Positions 7,165-15,157 of a stretch of DNA of 16,803 nt are shown here, one piece after another. Position numbers and translations under genes: made by a program. Position 1 is the first letter of the stretch. The number at the start of each line of letters is the position of its first letter. The notes under the pieces were generated by a model. The model was not told the DNA's origin. It made no database searches and saw only the letters and a list, made by a program, of their open reading frames with translations. The stretch comes from a bacterium. GTDB taxonomy: Bacteria; Desulfobacterota; DSWW01. The stretch covers positions 1 through 16,803 of the forward strand of contig JBFLZG010000127.1 of NCBI GenBank assembly GCA_040756235.1, read 5' to 3'.

Positions 7165-7335
7165 CGTCATCCCGGCCCCGGTGCGCAGCGCGTGCGAGCC
7201 GGGATCCAGAAGGGTGCATCATGCACAGCGGTTGTTACCGGGTGACAGGGCCTGGACCCCGGCCTTCGCCGGGGTGACGGAAGAGAGCCGGGCCCTCGAG
7301 GAACAGGGGGAATTCCCGCGTGCGCGGGAATGACG
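7165..7335. repeat. Cluster of CGTC-type REP / dRS3-like palindromes
   Basis: CGTC-ATCCCGGC..GCCGGGAT-CCAG (7165-7209); CTGG-ACCCCGGC-CTTC-GCCGGGGT-GACG (7252-7279); ATTCCC-GCGTGCGC-GGGAAT-GACG (7312-7335). Confidence 0.7.
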
Positions 7336-7368
7336 GCGCGGCTGCGTCGTTCGCAGGACTGACGCCTG

Positions 7369-7872
7369 CTACAGTCTCGAGCCGCAGCTCTTGCATATGG
7401 GAACGCCCGCGGGGTTCTCCAGGTCGCAGTAGGGGCAGCGGCAACCCTCGCCGCCGTGAGGATCCTTGCGCACCGCACTCTCGGCGGCCCGTTTGCCGAT
7501 GCCGCCGTTGCGGCCGTAGTAGTCCCGGATGGCGGCGTGCAGGGCATCCGCACCGAGGTTGGAGCAGTGGAGCTTGTTGGTGGGCAGGCCGTCCAGCGCC
7601 TCGGCCACATCCTTGTTCGATATCTCCAGCGCTTCTTCCAGGGTCTTGCCCTTGGCCATCTCGCTGATCATGCTGGAGACCGCGATCGCCGCTCCGCAGC
7701 CGAAGGTCTGAAACCTGACGTCCTCGATCTTCCCCTCTTTCACGGAAATGAAAAACCGCATGATGTCGCCGCACGCCGGATTCCCGACCTCGCCGATCCC
7801 GTCCGCGCTCTCCAGGGTCCCCACGTTGCGGGGATTCGAGAAATGATCCATGACCTTGGCGCTGTACTTCAT
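7369..7872 (-). CDS. iscU: Fe-S cluster scaffold IscU/NifU-N with a C-terminal zinc-ribbon extension
   Basis: MKYSAKVMDHFSNPRNVG, GNPACGD, TFGCGAA, KLHCS; C-terminal CPYC-x10-CKSC; GAGGAG RBS before ATG 7872 (the ORF-track extension to 7959 runs into the MITE). Confidence 0.92.
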   Translation of the reverse strand: MKYSAKVMDHFSNPRNVGTLESADGIGEVGNPACGDIMRFFISVKEGKIEDVRFQTFGCGAAIAVSSMISEMAKGKTLEEALEISNKDVAEALDGLPTNKLHCSNLGADALHAAIRDYYGRNGGIGKRAAESAVRKDPHGGEGCRCPYCDLENPAGVPICKSCGSRL

Positions 7873-7919
7873 GGGCTTTCGCTCCTCTGAGGAGATCCTC
7901 ACTTCATTCCTGCACGTCA

Positions 7920-8081
7920 GAGGCTGTCGATAAACGGCCATCTGCGGCGTTCGGCTCATGGCGCGTGGAGGCGGGGAGAGCCTGCCCCGGCGCAGGCCGG
8001 GGTCCCGCCGGCAATCCTTTTGCTACGCCTCATCCCTCAGGACTTCGCCTGCCTTGCATCCGGCCATTTCTCACCATCCTC
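7920..8081 (+). mobile_element. MITE-like element, copy 4 (module B subtype), overlapping the iscS 3' end
   Basis: GAGGCTGTCGATAAACGGCCATCTGC ... CTCAGGACTTCGCCTGCCTTGCATCCGGCCATTTCTCACCATCCTC; contains CCCCGGCGCAGGCCGGGGTC. Confidence 0.8.
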
Positions 8082-9275
8082 TCGAGGGGTGTTTTGCGAT
8101 TTCTTGTACAGGGGGGACATGTCGCGGAGCCTTTGGACGATGGGCGGGAGCACCTCGAGGATACGGTCCACCTCCTCAGCCGTGTTGTCCTGCCCCAGGC
8201 TGAACAGCAGGCTCCCCTGCGCCAGGGCCGCATCGATCCCCATGGCGAGCATGACGTGGGAGACTTTCAGGCTGCGGGAGATGCAGGCCGATCCGCTGGC
8301 GATCTGAATGCCCTCCATGTCCAGGAACAGAAGCATGGACTCCCCTTCGACGTACTGGACCAGCACACTGACGATGTGAGGCATGCGCTGGGTGGGGTGC
8401 CCAAGGAGGCGGACATGGGGAATCCTTTCCAGAATGCCTTGCTGGAGTCTTTGCTGCAGGGTCCGCGCATGGACCGTCCGGGCCTCCATCTCGCGGCGCG
8501 CCACATCCGCGGCCACCCCCATGCCGACGATGGCCGGCACGTTCTCGGTGCCGGCCCTTCGGCCCTTCTCCTGAATGCCGCCGTCCAGGAGCGGGTGGAT
8601 CCGGATCCCCTTGCGCACGTACAGGGCCGCGGCGCCCTTGGGGCCGCAAAAGGAGTTGGCCGCCAGGCTCAAAAGGTCCACCTGCAGGGCCTGCACGTCG
8701 ACCGGCATCAAGCCCGCCGTCGCGACTGCGTCGGTGTGGAAGACCACGCCCTTTGCCCGGGTGATGCGGCCGATCTCGGCAAGCGGCTGCACGGTTCCGA
8801 CTTCGTTGTTGGCATGCATGACCGAGACGAGAATCGTCTGCGGCGTGATGGCCTCCTCCACTTCCCTCGGGTCCACCCGGCCGTGCTCGTCGACCGGCAG
8901 ATAGGTGATCTGGAAACCCGTCCTCTCCAGGGCCTTGACCGCGTGCATCATGGAAAAGTGCTCGATCGAGGAGACCACGATGTGGCGGCCCCGGTTCTGA
9001 TAGGCCGAGGCGATGCCTTTCAGGACGAAGTTGTTGGCCTCGGTGCCGCAGGACGTAAAGACGATCTCGGAAGGGTTCTGCGCGTGAATCAACTCCCCGA
9101 CCCGCTTGCGGGCTTCCTCGAGGGCCGCCTCGGCCCGTTCCCCCAGGCTGTGCATGCTGGACGGGTTGCCGAAGTCCTGCCGGTAGCAGGGGAGCATCGC
9201 CTCCAGGACTTCGGCCAGGACGGGAGTCGCCGCGATGTGATCCATGTAGATAGGACTTTGTGCGCTCATGCTCAT
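8037..9275 (-). CDS. iscS: IscS/NifS-family cysteine desulfurase homologue lacking the PLP-binding Lys
   Basis: 412 aa; [48 protein letters not shown]; the SxHK motif reads AANS. Confidence 0.88.
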   Translation of the reverse strand: MSMSAQSPIYMDHIAATPVLAEVLEAMLPCYRQDFGNPSSMHSLGERAEAALEEARKRVGELIHAQNPSEIVFTSCGTEANNFVLKGIASAYQNRGRHIVVSSIEHFSMMHAVKALERTGFQITYLPVDEHGRVDPREVEEAITPQTILVSVMHANNEVGTVQPLAEIGRITRAKGVVFHTDAVATAGLMPVDVQALQVDLLSLAANSFCGPKGAAALYVRKGIRIHPLLDGGIQEKGRRAGTENVPAIVGMGVAADVARREMEARTVHARTLQQRLQQGILERIPHVRLLGHPTQRMPHIVSVLVQYVEGESMLLFLDMEGIQIASGSACISRSLKVSHVMLAMGIDAALAQGSLLFSLGQDNTAEEVDRILEVLPPIVQRLRDMSPLYKKSQNTPREDGEKWPDARQAKS

Positions 9276-9375
9276 ATGGGAGATCCCCGGGTGCTGCTGG
9301 GCTTGAAAGGCTTGCTTGGGAGCGGCGTGACGACTCAGGCAGGTCTTCTCGTTAGCCTAGTGTTCCCGTATGCAA

Positions 9376-9404
9376 ATAGTATTCTCTAACCTGTGCACGG
9401 TCAA
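9376..9404 (-). promoter_or_regulatory. Putative sigma70 promoter for iscS-iscU
   Basis: Minus strand TTGACC (9404-9399), 17-bp spacer, TACTAT (9381-9376), in an AT-richer patch about 100 bp upstream of iscS. Confidence 0.65.
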
Positions 9405-9467
9405 GACGGTTTCCGGTCTCCGGGGTTGCCGCCCTCCGCTCCGGGACGGCCGTCCGGCGCCAGCTAG

Positions 9468-9666
9468 GACCCTGTCCAAGAACTCGGTTCCTGGAGGCTG
9501 TTCAGAAATGTCCAGATGCAAGGCGCACGAAGTCCCGAGGCTCGTTCCGAGGAGCCCGAGCGACGAGTAAACTCCTGGTTGCACCTGACCGCCGCAGCAA
9601 GGTATCGGGGGATTGCTTCGCTTCGCTCGCAACAGGCGCCGCAGATGGGCATTTATGGACAGCCTC
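9468..9666 (-). mobile_element. MITE-like element, copy 5 (module A subtype, inverted), flanked by CTAG duplication
   Basis: CTAG (9464-9467) | GACCCTGTCCAAGAA ... GAGGCTGTTCAGAAATGTCCA (9494) ... TGGGCATTTATGGACAGCCTC (9666) | CTAG (9667-9670, contains the pyk stop). Confidence 0.85.
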
Positions 9667-11061
9667 CTAGAGCCGGGCGACTTTGATGAGGTTGGTGAGG
9701 CCCGGCTTTCCAACCGGCACCCCGGCCGCAATGACGACCAGGTCTCCCGTGCTGACCGCTCCGGTCGCCCGTGCGAATTCGCAAGCCTTCTGGATCATGT
9801 CGTCGGTATCTTCCAGCCGGGGCACTTCCCGGCAGCGAACACCCCAGACAAGGCACAGCCTGCGGACCACCCCGGGGTCAGGGCTGAAGGCTAGAATGTC
9901 CTGCACCGGCCGGAATCGAGACACCGCCCGGGCGGTGTTTCCGGACTGGGTGGGCGCAACGATCGCCTTGGCTCCGAGCTCGTCGGCCAGGCGGCAGACG
10001 GACTGGCCGACCGCCTCCGAATCGCTCGCGACCGGCATCTCCCAATAGGAGGACCGCTTCAGGATCCCTTCCGCCTTCTCGACGATGCGCGCCATGTACC
10101 GAACAGCCTCGACCGGGTAGCGCCCGACCGCGGTCTCCTCCGAGAGCATGACGGCGTCGGCCCCGTCCAGCACCGCGTTGGCCACGTCCAGGGCCTCGGC
10201 CCGGGTCGGCCTCGGCGACTCCACCATGGAGCGCAGCATCTGGGTGGCGATGATGGCCGGCTTGCCCGAGCGGTTGGCCTGCTCCACCAGCCGCTTCTGC
10301 ACGAGCGGGACTTCCTCCAGGGGGATTTCCACACCCAGGTCTCCCCTCGCCACCATGATGGCATCGGCCGACGCCAGGATCCCGTCCAGGTTCTGCAAAG
10401 CCTCGTGCTTCTCGATCTTCGCGATCAGCGGGATCTGTGCCCGGCTCTGAGACAGAAAGGATTTCACGCTCCGGAGGTCTCTCTCGTCCCGCACGAAGGA
10501 GAGCGCCACGTAGTCCACCCCGGCTTCCATGCCCGCGCGCAGGTCCGCGCGGTCCTTCTCCGTAAATGCGGGAACGTCCAGCGAACGCGTGGGCAGCGTG
10601 ATCCCTTTGCGGGACGTCAGGACGCCCCCGGTCACCACCCGGCAGAGGACCTGGTCGGGCCGCACCTCCTCGGACTTGAGCTCGATCTGGCCATCCGCCA
10701 GGAGGATCGGGTCCCCCGGCTGCATGCTCTCGATGACCGCGGGAGCGGAGACGGGTATGGAGGCACCGTGGTCCTGCTCTGTCACGAGCCGGACCGTTTG
10801 GCCGGCTTCGAGCCTGATCTCCCCGCCCGGCAGGTCTCCGATGCGGATCTTGGGCCCGGCAAGGTCCTGCATCACGGCGAGCGGGCGGGAGAGGGCGGAC
10901 GAGACTTCACGGATCTTGCGGATGGTTTTGCGGTGCTCCGCGGGCCTTCCGTGCGAGTAATTCAGCCTGGCCACGTCCATACCGGCACGGACGAGCGCTT
11001 CGATCTGGCTCTTTCCGGAGGTGGCAGGCCCCAGCGTGCAGATGATCTTGGTTTTCCGCAC
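9667..11061 (-). CDS. pyk: Pyruvate kinase
   Basis: RKTKIICTLGPA, ARLNYSHG, DLAGPKIR, IAKIE, MVARGDLGVE, ATQML.SM..PRPTRAE, DAVMLSEETA; GTG start at 11061 preferred (ORF open to 11136). Confidence 0.96.
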   Translation of the reverse strand: MRKTKIICTLGPATSGKSQIEALVRAGMDVARLNYSHGRPAEHRKTIRKIREVSSALSRPLAVMQDLAGPKIRIGDLPGGEIRLEAGQTVRLVTEQDHGASIPVSAPAVIESMQPGDPILLADGQIELKSEEVRPDQVLCRVVTGGVLTSRKGITLPTRSLDVPAFTEKDRADLRAGMEAGVDYVALSFVRDERDLRSVKSFLSQSRAQIPLIAKIEKHEALQNLDGILASADAIMVARGDLGVEIPLEEVPLVQKRLVEQANRSGKPAIIATQMLRSMVESPRPTRAEALDVANAVLDGADAVMLSEETAVGRYPVEAVRYMARIVEKAEGILKRSSYWEMPVASDSEAVGQSVCRLADELGAKAIVAPTQSGNTARAVSRFRPVQDILAFSPDPGVVRRLCLVWGVRCREVPRLEDTDDMIQKACEFARATGAVSTGDLVVIAAGVPVGKPGLTNLIKVARL

Positions 11062-11151
11062 CTGCGATGCGCCTTCTTGCGCAGCCGGACGCCAAGAAGG
11101 GACCCGCAAAGTCTCTCGGATCCCTTCTTGTGACACCGGCCAATGCCGATG

Positions 11152-11352
11152 CTATTCTTCCCAGTGAATGCACTGCGTCGGACAGCTGTCGATGGCTTCC
11201 TGCACGGCATCTTCTTCGGAAGAGCCGATCGAGTCCTTGAGGACCTCTGCGTGATCGGCCCCTTCCTCGAGCTTGAAGACGTCAGGGCAGATCTCCACGC
11301 AGGTGCCGCACGCCACGCATTCGTCTGCGTCTATGATGACTTTTTTCGCCAT
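11152..11352 (-). CDS. Small single-cluster ferredoxin
   Basis: 66 aa, acidic; CVACGTCVEICP and CPTQC; AAGGAG RBS. Confidence 0.92.
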   Translation of the reverse strand: MAKKVIIDADECVACGTCVEICPDVFKLEEGADHAEVLKDSIGSSEEDAVQEAIDSCPTQCIHWEE

Positions 11353-11503
11353 GGGGTTCTCCTTCCGGCAGATGGGTTGAGGTCAACGATTTCTAGTGGC
11401 TCTCGGGTGCCCGCCGCTGGCCGCCGGAGGGAGGCGCTTCTGGCGGAACCCCGCAGGCTGCGCATGGAAAAAAGAGAATTAGCACATCGGGAGGGATTTG
11501 CCA

Positions 11504-12031
11504 ATGGGCCGATCCCGCAAAAACGGGAACATCATCCTCATCGGCATGCCGGGGTCCGGTAAGAGCACCCTGGGCGTTCTGCTGGCCAAGGCCCTCACCC
11601 GGCCGTTCCTGGACACGGACATCCACATTCAGACCCGGGAGGGCAAGCCTCTCCAGCGGATCCTGAACGAGCACGGCATCGCCTTCTTCCTGAGGCTTGA
11701 GCAGGAGTGCATTCTCTCCCTCAGCTTGAGCCGCCACGTGATCGCGACAGGGGGCAGCGTGGTCTATGGGGCGAGGGCCATGGCGCATCTCAAACGGCAG
11801 GGACTCGTCGTCCTGCTCGAGCTCTCGCTGCCGTTCCTCAGGCGGCGCCTCAGGGACATGCACAATCGTGGCATCGTGCTGGCGCCCGGACAGGATCTGG
11901 CCGCCTTGTACGCGGAGAGAAAGCCCCTGTACGAACGCTATGCCGACCTGCGCGTTTCCTGCGACCGCAAGACGCACGAGCAGGTCATCGGAGAGATCCT
12001 CGCAGCTCTGGACGACCGGGGCATCCGGTGA
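11504..12031 (+). CDS. aroK: Shikimate kinase
   Basis: NIILIGMPGSGKST Walker A, FLDTD, VIATGGSVV, ERKPLYERYAD. Confidence 0.92.
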   Translation: MGRSRKNGNIILIGMPGSGKSTLGVLLAKALTRPFLDTDIHIQTREGKPLQRILNEHGIAFFLRLEQECILSLSLSRHVIATGGSVVYGARAMAHLKRQGLVVLLELSLPFLRRRLRDMHNRGIVLAPGQDLAALYAERKPLYERYADLRVSCDRKTHEQVIGEILAALDDRGIR

Positions 12032-12061
12032 GGGGAATCGGCCTCCCGGGCAGCTCGCCAG

Positions 12062-12087
12062 CGGGCGACGCATGCGTCGCCCCTACG
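12062..12087 (-). repeat. GTAG-type REP palindrome (second variant)
   Basis: Reverse complement is CGTAGGGGCGACGCATGCGTCGCCCG, identical to 13881-13906; lies between convergent aroK and pyrG. Confidence 0.8.
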
Positions 12088-12095
12088 ACTCCTTA

Positions 12096-13715
12096 TCAGG
12101 CTCCGGGCTCTCCTGCTCGCCGGCGGTTCTCGAGAGCCGCCTTGATGTACTCGCGGAAGATCGGGTGGGGGTTCATGGGGCGGGATTTGAACTCGGGGTG
12201 GAACTGGCAGCCCAGATACCAGGGGTGGTCCTTGAGCTCGAAGACCTCCACGAGCCTCTGGTCCGGGCTCAACCCGCTGAGGAGGAGCCCGTGGCTGGAC
12301 AGGACCTCGCGATAGTCGTTGTTGACCTCGTAGCGGTGCCGATGCCGCTCGTAGATCTCCGTGCAACCGTAGACCCGATGAGCGAGCGTACCTTCCCGGA
12401 GCGCGCACGGATAGGATCCAAGGCGCATGGTGGCGCCTTTCGTGGCGATCCCGGCCTGGTCCGGCATCAGGTGGATCACGGGATGAGGGGAGTCCCCGTC
12501 GAACTCGGTGCTGTTGGCGCGCTCGAGCCCGCACACGTCGCGGGCAAAAGCGATGATGGCGGTCTGCAGCCCCAGGCAGATGCCCAGGAACGGGATCCTG
12601 TGCTTGCGTGCAAATGAAGCCGCCAGGATCTTGCCCTCGATCCCCCGGTCGCCGAACCCTCCCGGAACCAGGATGCTGTCGAGGCCGGCCAGGAGATTCC
12701 CGACCTTCTGCTTCTCCAACTCCTCGGAGTCGATGAACTGGATCCTCACACGGCAGTAATTGGCGATGCCCCCGTGGGCGAGCGCTTCGTTCAGGCTCTT
12801 GTACGACTCGACCAGGTCCACGTACTTGCCGACCATGCCGACCGTGACCTGGTCTTTGGGCTCCTTGACCCGGCGCACGATCTCTTCCCACTTCTCCAGG
12901 TGCGGAGCTCCGGTCCAGATGTTCATGAGCTCGATGATCTTGTCGTCCAGCCCCTCCTGGTGAAAGAGCAGCGGCACTTCGTAGGTGGTCTCGACGTCTT
13001 TCGCCGTGATTACCGCGTCCTTGTCCACGTTGCAGAAGAGAGCGATCTTCGACTTGATCTCCTTGGACAGAAACCGCTCCGTGCGGCAGATCAGGACATC
13101 GGGCTGGATGCCGATCTCCAGAAGACTCTTCACGCTGTGCTGGGTGGGCTTGGTCTTCAGCTCCCCCGAGGCCCGCAGATAAGGAACCAGGGTGAGATGG
13201 ATGTAAAGCACGTTCTGCCTGCCCAGCTCGGTCTTGAGCTGCCGGATCGCCTCGAGAAACGGTTGTCCCTCGATGTCCCCCACCGTACCCCCGATTTCGA
13301 CGATCGCGATGTCCGCTGCCCCGGCCAGGGAGAGGATCCTCGATTTGATCTCGTCGGTGATGTGGGGGATCACCTGAATGGTCTTCCCCAGGTAGTCTCC
13401 CTTGCGCTCCTTCTTGATGACCGTCTCGTAGACCTGTCCGGTGGTGAAATTGTTCGGCTTGCCCAGCACCGCGTGGGAGAAACGTTCGTAGTGCCCCAGG
13501 TCGAGGTCGGTCTCGGCCCCGTCGTCCGTCACGAAAACCTCTCCGTGCTGGAACGGGTTCATGGTGCCGGGATCGACGTTGATGTACGGGTCCAGCTTCT
13601 GGAAGGTGACCTTGAGCCCTCGGCTTTCCAGGAGGGCGCCGATCGCGGCGGACGCAAGGCCCTTGCCCAGTGAGGAGAGGACGCCTCCGGTGACGAAGAT
13701 GAATTTCGTGCGCAT
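12096..13715 (-). CDS. pyrG: CTP synthase
   Basis: [69 protein letters not shown]; start at 13715 preferred. Confidence 0.98.
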   Translation of the reverse strand: MRTKFIFVTGGVLSSLGKGLASAAIGALLESRGLKVTFQKLDPYINVDPGTMNPFQHGEVFVTDDGAETDLDLGHYERFSHAVLGKPNNFTTGQVYETVIKKERKGDYLGKTIQVIPHITDEIKSRILSLAGAADIAIVEIGGTVGDIEGQPFLEAIRQLKTELGRQNVLYIHLTLVPYLRASGELKTKPTQHSVKSLLEIGIQPDVLICRTERFLSKEIKSKIALFCNVDKDAVITAKDVETTYEVPLLFHQEGLDDKIIELMNIWTGAPHLEKWEEIVRRVKEPKDQVTVGMVGKYVDLVESYKSLNEALAHGGIANYCRVRIQFIDSEELEKQKVGNLLAGLDSILVPGGFGDRGIEGKILAASFARKHRIPFLGICLGLQTAIIAFARDVCGLERANSTEFDGDSPHPVIHLMPDQAGIATKGATMRLGSYPCALREGTLAHRVYGCTEIYERHRHRYEVNNDYREVLSSHGLLLSGLSPDQRLVEVFELKDHPWYLGCQFHPEFKSRPMNPHPIFREYIKAALENRRRAGEPGA

Positions 13716-13830
13716 GGGCTCACTTTTTCCTGGCATGCGGTTGACCGGCATTCATGGACTGTTTGGTCCGGCAAACAAGGCCTTCCGGTGCCTTCTTCCG
13801 CGTCTCTCCGGCACGGAGCACCAAAGAGGA

Positions 13831-13860
13831 AGAATAGACTTTCCGGCCTCGGAGGGTCAA
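13831..13860 (-). promoter_or_regulatory. Putative sigma70 promoter for pyrG
   Basis: Minus strand TTGACC (13860-13855), 18-bp spacer, TATTCT (13836-13831). Confidence 0.45.
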
Positions 13861-13880
13861 TGCGGTTCGAGAAAAAGCGC

Positions 13881-13906
13881 CGTAGGGGCGACGCATGCGT
13901 CGCCCG
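13881..13906 (+). repeat. GTAG-type REP palindrome (second variant)
   Basis: CGTAGGGGCGACGCATGCGTCGCCCG with a perfect 20-bp palindromic core. Confidence 0.8.
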
Positions 13907-13969
13907 TTTTCTCCACGGCGTCAACCTGCACGAGGCTGTCAGGAGCGGAGGCAAGGACCGCGTGGCCCC

Positions 13970-15154
13970 TCATCGGCGGCTCCGGTCGGCGAGCAGATCC
14001 GTCAGGTCCATGGCGGCCAGTCCGGATTGCGAGGCCTGCAGACCGGTCCGGAGGTTCTGGAGGCAGAAAGGACATGCGGTGACCAGGGCGTCGGCCCCGG
14101 TTGCTTCCGCCTCCTCCACGCGCAGCCGGCTGGTCTCGACGGCCCACTCGGGGAAGGCCGAGCGAACCCCGCCTCCGGCCCCGCAGCACCATGCGTTCTG
14201 CCGGTTGCGCGGCATCTCCCGGAGGTCGACGCCGGGAAGGGCCTTCAGGAGCTTCCTCGGCGCTTCATACAGGCCGCAGTGGCGGCCGAGATGACAGGGG
14301 TCGTGATACGTCACCCGGAGCGCATCGGCGCCCTGGAAAGAGAGCCTTCCCTGTGCGACCAGCTCGAGAAAGAAGGTGCTCGAGTGGACCACCCGGGCCG
14401 GAATGGGGGCCAGACCGGCCTGGTCCTGACGGAGCGTCTTGTAGCAGCCTGCGCACGAGGTCACGATCGTCTTCACCCCCAGCTTGCGGACCCATTCCTG
14501 GTTCTTCCGCGCCATCTCCCGGGCGAGCTCCCGCTCGCCGATGCGCAGCATGACCGATCCGCAGCACACTTCCTCCTCGCCGAGCACGCCGAAGTCCACC
14601 CCGGCCTTTTGCAGGAGGGCGATCGTGTTCCGCACGATGTGCTCCAGGGAAGGATCGAGGCCGGCCGTGCACCCGACGAAATAAAGGACAGCGGCTCTTG
14701 CCGGGTCCTTTCCGCTCAGGATCTTCACTCCCAGGTCGCGCAGGGCGTGTGTCCGCCTCCTGCGGGGCTGCATCCACGGATTGCGATATTGTACGAGACT
14801 GTCTTTGAGCTTCTTGTGGCCGGGCAGCGGGCCGGCCTCCCGGCGGACCGCCTCGGCCCTCAGGGCCTCGAAGACTTCGAGCATTTTCTCCCGGACCTGC
14901 ATCGGGCACTGCTGGGTGCAGTTGCCGCACAGGGTGCAGGCGAAGAGCTTCTTCAGGAGCTCCGGGTCGTCCCACCGGAGGAGGCCTTCCTTCAGGCCCC
15001 TGGCAGCCCAGATCTTGCCGCTCGAATAGAAGCCTTCGAAGCGGAAACGTTCGCCGGCGGGACAGCTCGGCAGGTAGAGACCGAACACGGCCTTGCACGT
15101 GCCGCAGCGCACGCATTTGGAGATGAACGGGTCGATGTCCCGGTATTCGAGCAT
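13970..15154 (-). CDS. Fe-S oxidoreductase with 4Fe-4S dicluster and two CCG domains (GlpC/GlcF/HdrD-like)
   Basis: CVRCGTC..CP, CTLCGNCTQQCP, YFVGC, EVCCG, TSCAGC, YHDPCHLGR, WCCGAGGG, TACPFC. Confidence 0.9.
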   Translation of the reverse strand: MLEYRDIDPFISKCVRCGTCKAVFGLYLPSCPAGERFRFEGFYSSGKIWAARGLKEGLLRWDDPELLKKLFACTLCGNCTQQCPMQVREKMLEVFEALRAEAVRREAGPLPGHKKLKDSLVQYRNPWMQPRRRRTHALRDLGVKILSGKDPARAAVLYFVGCTAGLDPSLEHIVRNTIALLQKAGVDFGVLGEEEVCCGSVMLRIGERELAREMARKNQEWVRKLGVKTIVTSCAGCYKTLRQDQAGLAPIPARVVHSSTFFLELVAQGRLSFQGADALRVTYHDPCHLGRHCGLYEAPRKLLKALPGVDLREMPRNRQNAWCCGAGGGVRSAFPEWAVETSRLRVEEAEATGADALVTACPFCLQNLRTGLQASQSGLAAMDLTDLLADRSRR

Positions 15155-15157
15155 GCT

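Noticed and set aside
7429..7437. GTAGGGGC inside iscU resembling a GTAG REP start
   Set aside because: No palindromic arm follows; it is simply the antisense of the Cys-Pro-Tyr codons
7873..7959. N-terminal extensions in the ORF track for iscU (also pyk to 11136, pyrG to 13751, biotin carrier from 4039)
   Set aside because: Family homology begins at the downstream starts; iscU has a good RBS there and the biotin carrier an ATGA coupling, and the iscU extension runs into MITE sequence
7965..9389. 474-aa plus-strand ORF (likewise 2401-3447, 10405-11133, 12774-13673)
   Set aside because: Antisense to well-supported genes, with no independent motifs
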